DNA from: Raillietiella orientalis
Lineage: Eukaryota
Assembly: GCA_036172245.1 (NCBI GenBank)
Contig: JAYWIR010000001.1
Location: 3,968,001-4,032,000, forward strand
Length of the DNA: 64,000 nucleotides
Direction: 5' to 3'
In this document: positions 59,525-64,000 of the stretch, one piece after another
Layout: each line of letters starts with the position of its first letter
How positions within the stretch are numbered: position 1 is the first letter of the stretch
Notes under the pieces: model-generated
The model's database searches: none
The model's input: only the letters and a program-made list of their open reading frames with translations
Told to the model about the DNA's origin: nothing
Translations under genes and position numbers: made by a program

Positions 59525-59930
59525 GGAGAGGAGAGGAGAGGAGAAATGTAGGAGGCGCGATTAAAGCGTAGGAGAAGGTGGGATGGAAGAGGAATAGAGG
59601 AAGAGGAGGATGGAGGGGAAAGTGAAATGGAAGAGGAAGTTAAATCTAGGAGGACGGGAAGAGTAGGAAGATGAATGGAGGAGGAGGAGGAATTCGTGAG
59701 TAGGAAGAGAAATTAAAGAGAAAGAGGATGAATGGAAGAGTAGGAGGAGGAACTCAAGCGTGGGAAGAAGAATTCTGGAATGAAAAAGTAACAGGAAGTG
59801 GAATGGAAGAGAAGGAGGAATAGAAGAGGAAGAAGAGAAATGGAAGAGGAGGAGGAGGAATGAAAGAGAAGGAGGAGGAACAGAGCAGGAGGTTAGATGA
59901 GAGAGGAATGGAAGAGGAGTGGAGGAGATG
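59525..59930. repeat. GA-rich (GGA/GAA/GAATGGAAGAG) low-complexity tract; similar tracts at 58735-59010 and 41860-41990
   Basis: Degenerate purine repeats read directly. Confidence 0.85.
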
Positions 59931-61899
59931 AGTCGTCGGATGGGAATTTCGTATCCACTCCTCGTCACCCCCTTTGGGCGGGCCAGGAAAGTCGACTCCT
60001 CGTCGTCAGCGAGCAGAAAGTGGATGACAGAAGGGTCTCTTGGATCGTGAGGAAAAGAGACAGGGAAGGTACGTATGCATATGTCATTCAGCATGGCCCC
60101 TCTATTTAAAACGAGACAAACATCCGCCGACTCGTTGGCCGCGGCTGCATCTCAACAAGAGCAGCGTTGAGCCGGGATTCCGAGTAAGCAGAAGACGAAA
60201 ATGACTAGGAAGATGTGGAAGATTCTCAGATTCTCACTCCTGGAAGAGTCTCTCCAAGATGAAACGGCGTTGAAACGACAGGGGATGTCACGGGGCACCG
60301 CGATCAACACTCACTACGAGAGGTGTGGTCTATGGGTCGCTAGGAAACCAAACTTCCGCAGGGATGTCCCTGCCCCTTGGGAAGGAGTCCCTAAGCCCGC
60401 GCGTCTGCTGCTGCTGAATGCTCCCTCTAGGGAGGAAACAAGGAGGAGTTGGAACGCTTGCATCCTCGTCGCAGGAGGGAAGACGGGAGACGATAAAGAG
60501 AATGTGCGGAGCGAAGGATGGGAAGATGTTAGGAATTTCGCAAGCGCAGCCTGGAGCAGTCGACGCGTGTGAGGAAGATCGAAAGCGGCAGATGGCTTCT
60601 CGAATCGCCCAGCAGCACGTTACCAAGCAACCGGAAACTGGAGTGGCGGTTCCCGATTCCCAGAAACGAATCCCCGACCCATTTCGCGTGGGGTCGGAGG
60701 ACAGAGCTGCAGCTCCAGACCTCCCCTCCATCTGTTCCTTACAATTCATAGGTTGCAGTTCGTGTGCGCGAATTCAGGCGGAAAGGTCTGATAGGAGAGC
60801 GGGTTAACGCGTGGGGACTATTCCTTACAAGCGAAGTACCTCTCCTCCTAGACGTGCCCCTAAGCGGTAGAAAACTGGAGCTGCTCGCAGTAGTTGAAGG
60901 AGAAGAAAAGCCCGTAGAAGAAACCGGAAGGTAGGAGGTTCCCAGGGATACTGGGATGACGTGACGTGCTCGAAGTCGAAGGATTCCTTCCAGCTTACGA
61001 TCCCGGCAAAATCCGGACACCATTCTTCCTCCTTCCTGTCGGAGGGACGTGGGAACGCAATCGCTCGGCTCTGAGGTTCGGCAGCCCGGACGGGAGAGAA
61101 TCCCGGCTCTGCGAGAGCCACCGCCGTCCGCTGGAAGCGGGCGGCTTCGACAACGCGCTCCCCGTCTCCGGAATCCCGGCGGCGACGGGACTCTTGCCCT
61201 CCCCCATTAGTTCCGGCCTTGTGGGAGCGCCCCGCGGCAGTCTCCGCCTTCCCCTTCGCGTCGGGCACAGGCGGATCGATACGGGCGGAGGAACAGATGG
61301 CGGGCAGCGAAGACTCGGCGCGCTTCCGTTCGGGAAGAGGACGAGTGTGGTACGGAGGTTCCGATCCTGCGCGGTACTCGCAGGAGGGGGACGGGAGGCT
61401 GTCCTGTGGTCTTTGCTCCGCTCGCTCCAGACGAAGCGCTCGCTGACAGACTGACTGCTCGTCAAATCCGGTCTCGCCCCCATCCCGCATCCTGGGTTTT
61501 TCTCCAGGAATGCCTCGGATGAGGAAGAGCAGGGGGTCTCTTCACCGTCAGGAGCGGGATGCTTTTGCTCGGGGTGGCGTGGCACGTGCGCTGCGACCCT
61601 CTCTCGCTTCCACTCGAGCGCCAGCAGAGAGAAGGGAAGGGAAAGCTCATGCGGCGATGCCCCCGCGGAGGTTGCTTTCGGGAGGAAGGCAGAAGCAGTC
61701 CTCTTCTCCTTTGACTATTCTTTGCTTCCCGCTCTATCGATGGCAGTGCTTAAGCTCCGTGAATGGAACTGGGGTCGGGCTCAAGAATTCGAGGGATCAC
61801 CCGAGAAGAAGAAAAAGACCAGTTCCCTGTTGATCGGTTCTGGTTCAAGGGACCATGGTGATTTCAAAGATTAGCAAAGTGAAAAGGTGCTCCCAAGTT

Positions 61900-63800
61900 T
61901 GGTTTGGTCACGAGAGGAGGAAACTTCTCCCTGCCTGTCTTCCCGGGAATGCGAAAGAGGGCAGACCTCTCGTCACGCTGCGAACCATCGCTCTTCGCCT
62001 TCGCTGTCAAGGAGACGCGGTCTCGGTTTCCAGGAAGCGGCTCGGTTGATTCACCCCCCGGGTGACGACGAGGTGATCTCATCAACCGGCGGCTGAGGCT
62101 TCCCAGACTCAGCAGCGGACTTCAGCAGGCTGCGCTAATGGTGAAAAGTTTTCCAGTCGAAGAAGAGGTCACGTTCTGAGGTCACCCGTGCTACTTGGAA
62201 AACGCAGTCCTCTCGACCTCAGCTCCCGAACGAGAGCACCGAAATGCTTCGTGAGAGCTGGGATATATGGAGAAAAAGTCTTGAAACGGGGTCCAGAATC
62301 CACTCAACATGGATACAGTTCCAGTGGCTGTTCTGTAAGGCAGTCTATCGGAGACGTGCAGCAGTTCGGCGCGGCGCTTGTGCGGAATGTCCTCGCTCTT
62401 TGACGGGTGGTGTCGGTATGGCGATGTTCCACGTCGCTCTTGAGGATGCACTCAAATCCCGTGCTGCAAGGAAAGCTGCTTATCTTGCGAACCGTTCTCC
62501 TGGAACATCAAGCAATATCAAGCAGCTCAGGAATCAGGCTGAGAGGATTTCGGACTAATCCCAGCTGTGACTGCTTCGGAGATTCTCCGAAAATTATGGA
62601 GCTAAGTTGTCGTCAGTGATGTACTCTGAAGGATCCTGGGTTACCTTCTCGATTCCGTCTGGAGAATACACAACCCCATCGTCCCTAAGAACAGATGCTT
62701 CTTGGCAAGCGATTCGAGTTAACAAATGAGATTGCTCTTTGAAGATCCGATCACTTGAGAGCCATCTCTACCTCCATTGGAAACGAGGTCTCTCAAGGCT
62801 CTTGCAAATTTCGCTCTTAGGTCATATATCTAAGAGGTGGTTGCAGTCTTTCCTCTCTTATAATGAAGGTGATCGACGCACGTTCCTGTTTGAGCAACAA
62901 CTATGGATCCAGGCGACACGACAGCAGATCCGGGCAGACGTACTTCCTATTTCTATCTAATCATAACCCTAATGTCCTCCGCAAACGCTCACAGATTCTC
63001 GACCCCTAACAACTACCTGACAGCTTCATGAAGAATCAAGCTTTCAAAAGAGCGGGAAGTCTCTGAGATGTTAAATTTTTCCCAAGTTCCAGCTTTCCAC
63101 CCTCTTTTAAATTGACCTGATCAAGACTAACGTCTTCGTCGGAGAGCGCTGCTTGGGATTGACCCTATCATGTAGCAATGAGAAAGCGGGTTCTCTGGCA
63201 CAGTAGAGTTGCGAACTCAAAGCACACGGTCTGAGTGGAAGCGATGTAGTAAGCGCTGGGCAACGAAACCGAAAGGGCACGACCAAGGAGTGGAAACAGA
63301 GGAAGAGTGAGGTTCATGGGAAAAAAAGCAATCTGTGAGATACCACGAGGCAACCTCTACGACTGCATGGCTATATTCGCTCATGTGAGCTCCCATTCTA
63401 CCCCCCCCCGGGACGTAGGCAAAACACGGGTGGCCATTCATGAGCGTTTCAAGCTCCACATAAGGGAGAGTTGAAGGGGTAGCATGAGCGAGGGATCTCT
63501 TTCGAAGACTTGTGACAGAGGTGAAGGGAGAGAACGACAAGGAGCTGAGCTGGTCGAAAGCTTCTCCGCATGGGACAGTTCACACGAGGAAAGGAAGAGG
63601 GATAAGAGAAAAAAAGATGCCCATCTAACTTGTAGAAACCTGAGCGCATGCAGTGGACAAGGAGATTCAAGATGTCAGGGAAAAAACATCTGCGGTACGG
63701 GCGAAATATCGAGAGAGAAGGCAACACAAGGGAACTGCCGATTTCCCTGCTTTCTGCTAAGGCCTTCAAGACTGCAGTTGCCACATCAGTAGGAGGAGAG
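61900..63800 (-). mobile_element. Degenerate L1/Tx1-like LINE fossil (endonuclease to RT start)
   Basis: Ordered remnants SDR(V), GTW.KFNIS, SDRLP..LELY...FW (PDGLP.EFY..FW-like) and ENFSPL...SRRLM...NQ..F. Confidence 0.4.
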
Positions 63801-64000
63801 GAGGAAGTGGAAGGAAGGGGAAGGAGAGGACGTCGCCGTTCCGGGGAAACCTAGGTGAGGTGAATACTTCTGGAAACGCTCGCTAGCCCCTCAAAAACAC
63901 GTGGGAGCAGCAGCCTATTAGTCAGAGGAGAGGTGGCGAGCCATGAGAGACCTTCCAGAGGCTTCGGCGGAAAGGAGAAGAACAGGGGGGGACCTGGGAT

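Noticed and set aside
60070-60110. LNRGAMLNDI(C)IR as the N-terminal exon of the EAT-18-like protein
   Set aside because: Only weak resemblance to the recalled EAT-18 N-terminus, and its donor (phase 1) does not fit the only usable acceptor before MKIMM (phase 2).
1-64000. CRISPR arrays, operons, rRNA or other prokaryotic systems
   Set aside because: The sequence is intron-rich eukaryotic DNA; I saw no regularly spaced repeats or rRNA motifs.

Overview
Eukaryotic (invertebrate animal) genomic DNA with about 50% GC. One long multi-exon gene lies on the minus strand (about 18.0-58.6 kb). I spliced it by hand into a continuous frame encoding 5 CUB domains, 1 LDLa module, a transmembrane helix and a short tail ending in -ESV. 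This is the architecture of C. elegans LEV-10, a synaptic acetylcholine-receptor clustering protein. At its 5' end is a tiny hydrophobic exon/ORF (MKIMMCVAVGFSLVILLVFFTFLILY...) that strongly resembles the transmembrane core of EAT-18, the small nAChR auxiliary protein encoded inside the lev-10 locus in C. elegans. Two alternative acceptors downstream could switch it between the LEV-10 frame and a short EAT-18-sized peptide. The EAT-18 comparison is from memory and needs a database check. Most of the remaining sequence looks like old transposon debris: a 5-copy tRNA-headed SINE family, several L1/Tx1-like and one RTE-like LINE fossils, and MULE transposase fossils. GA-rich low-complexity tracts are also present. 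Almost all ORFs in the supplied track are spurious.
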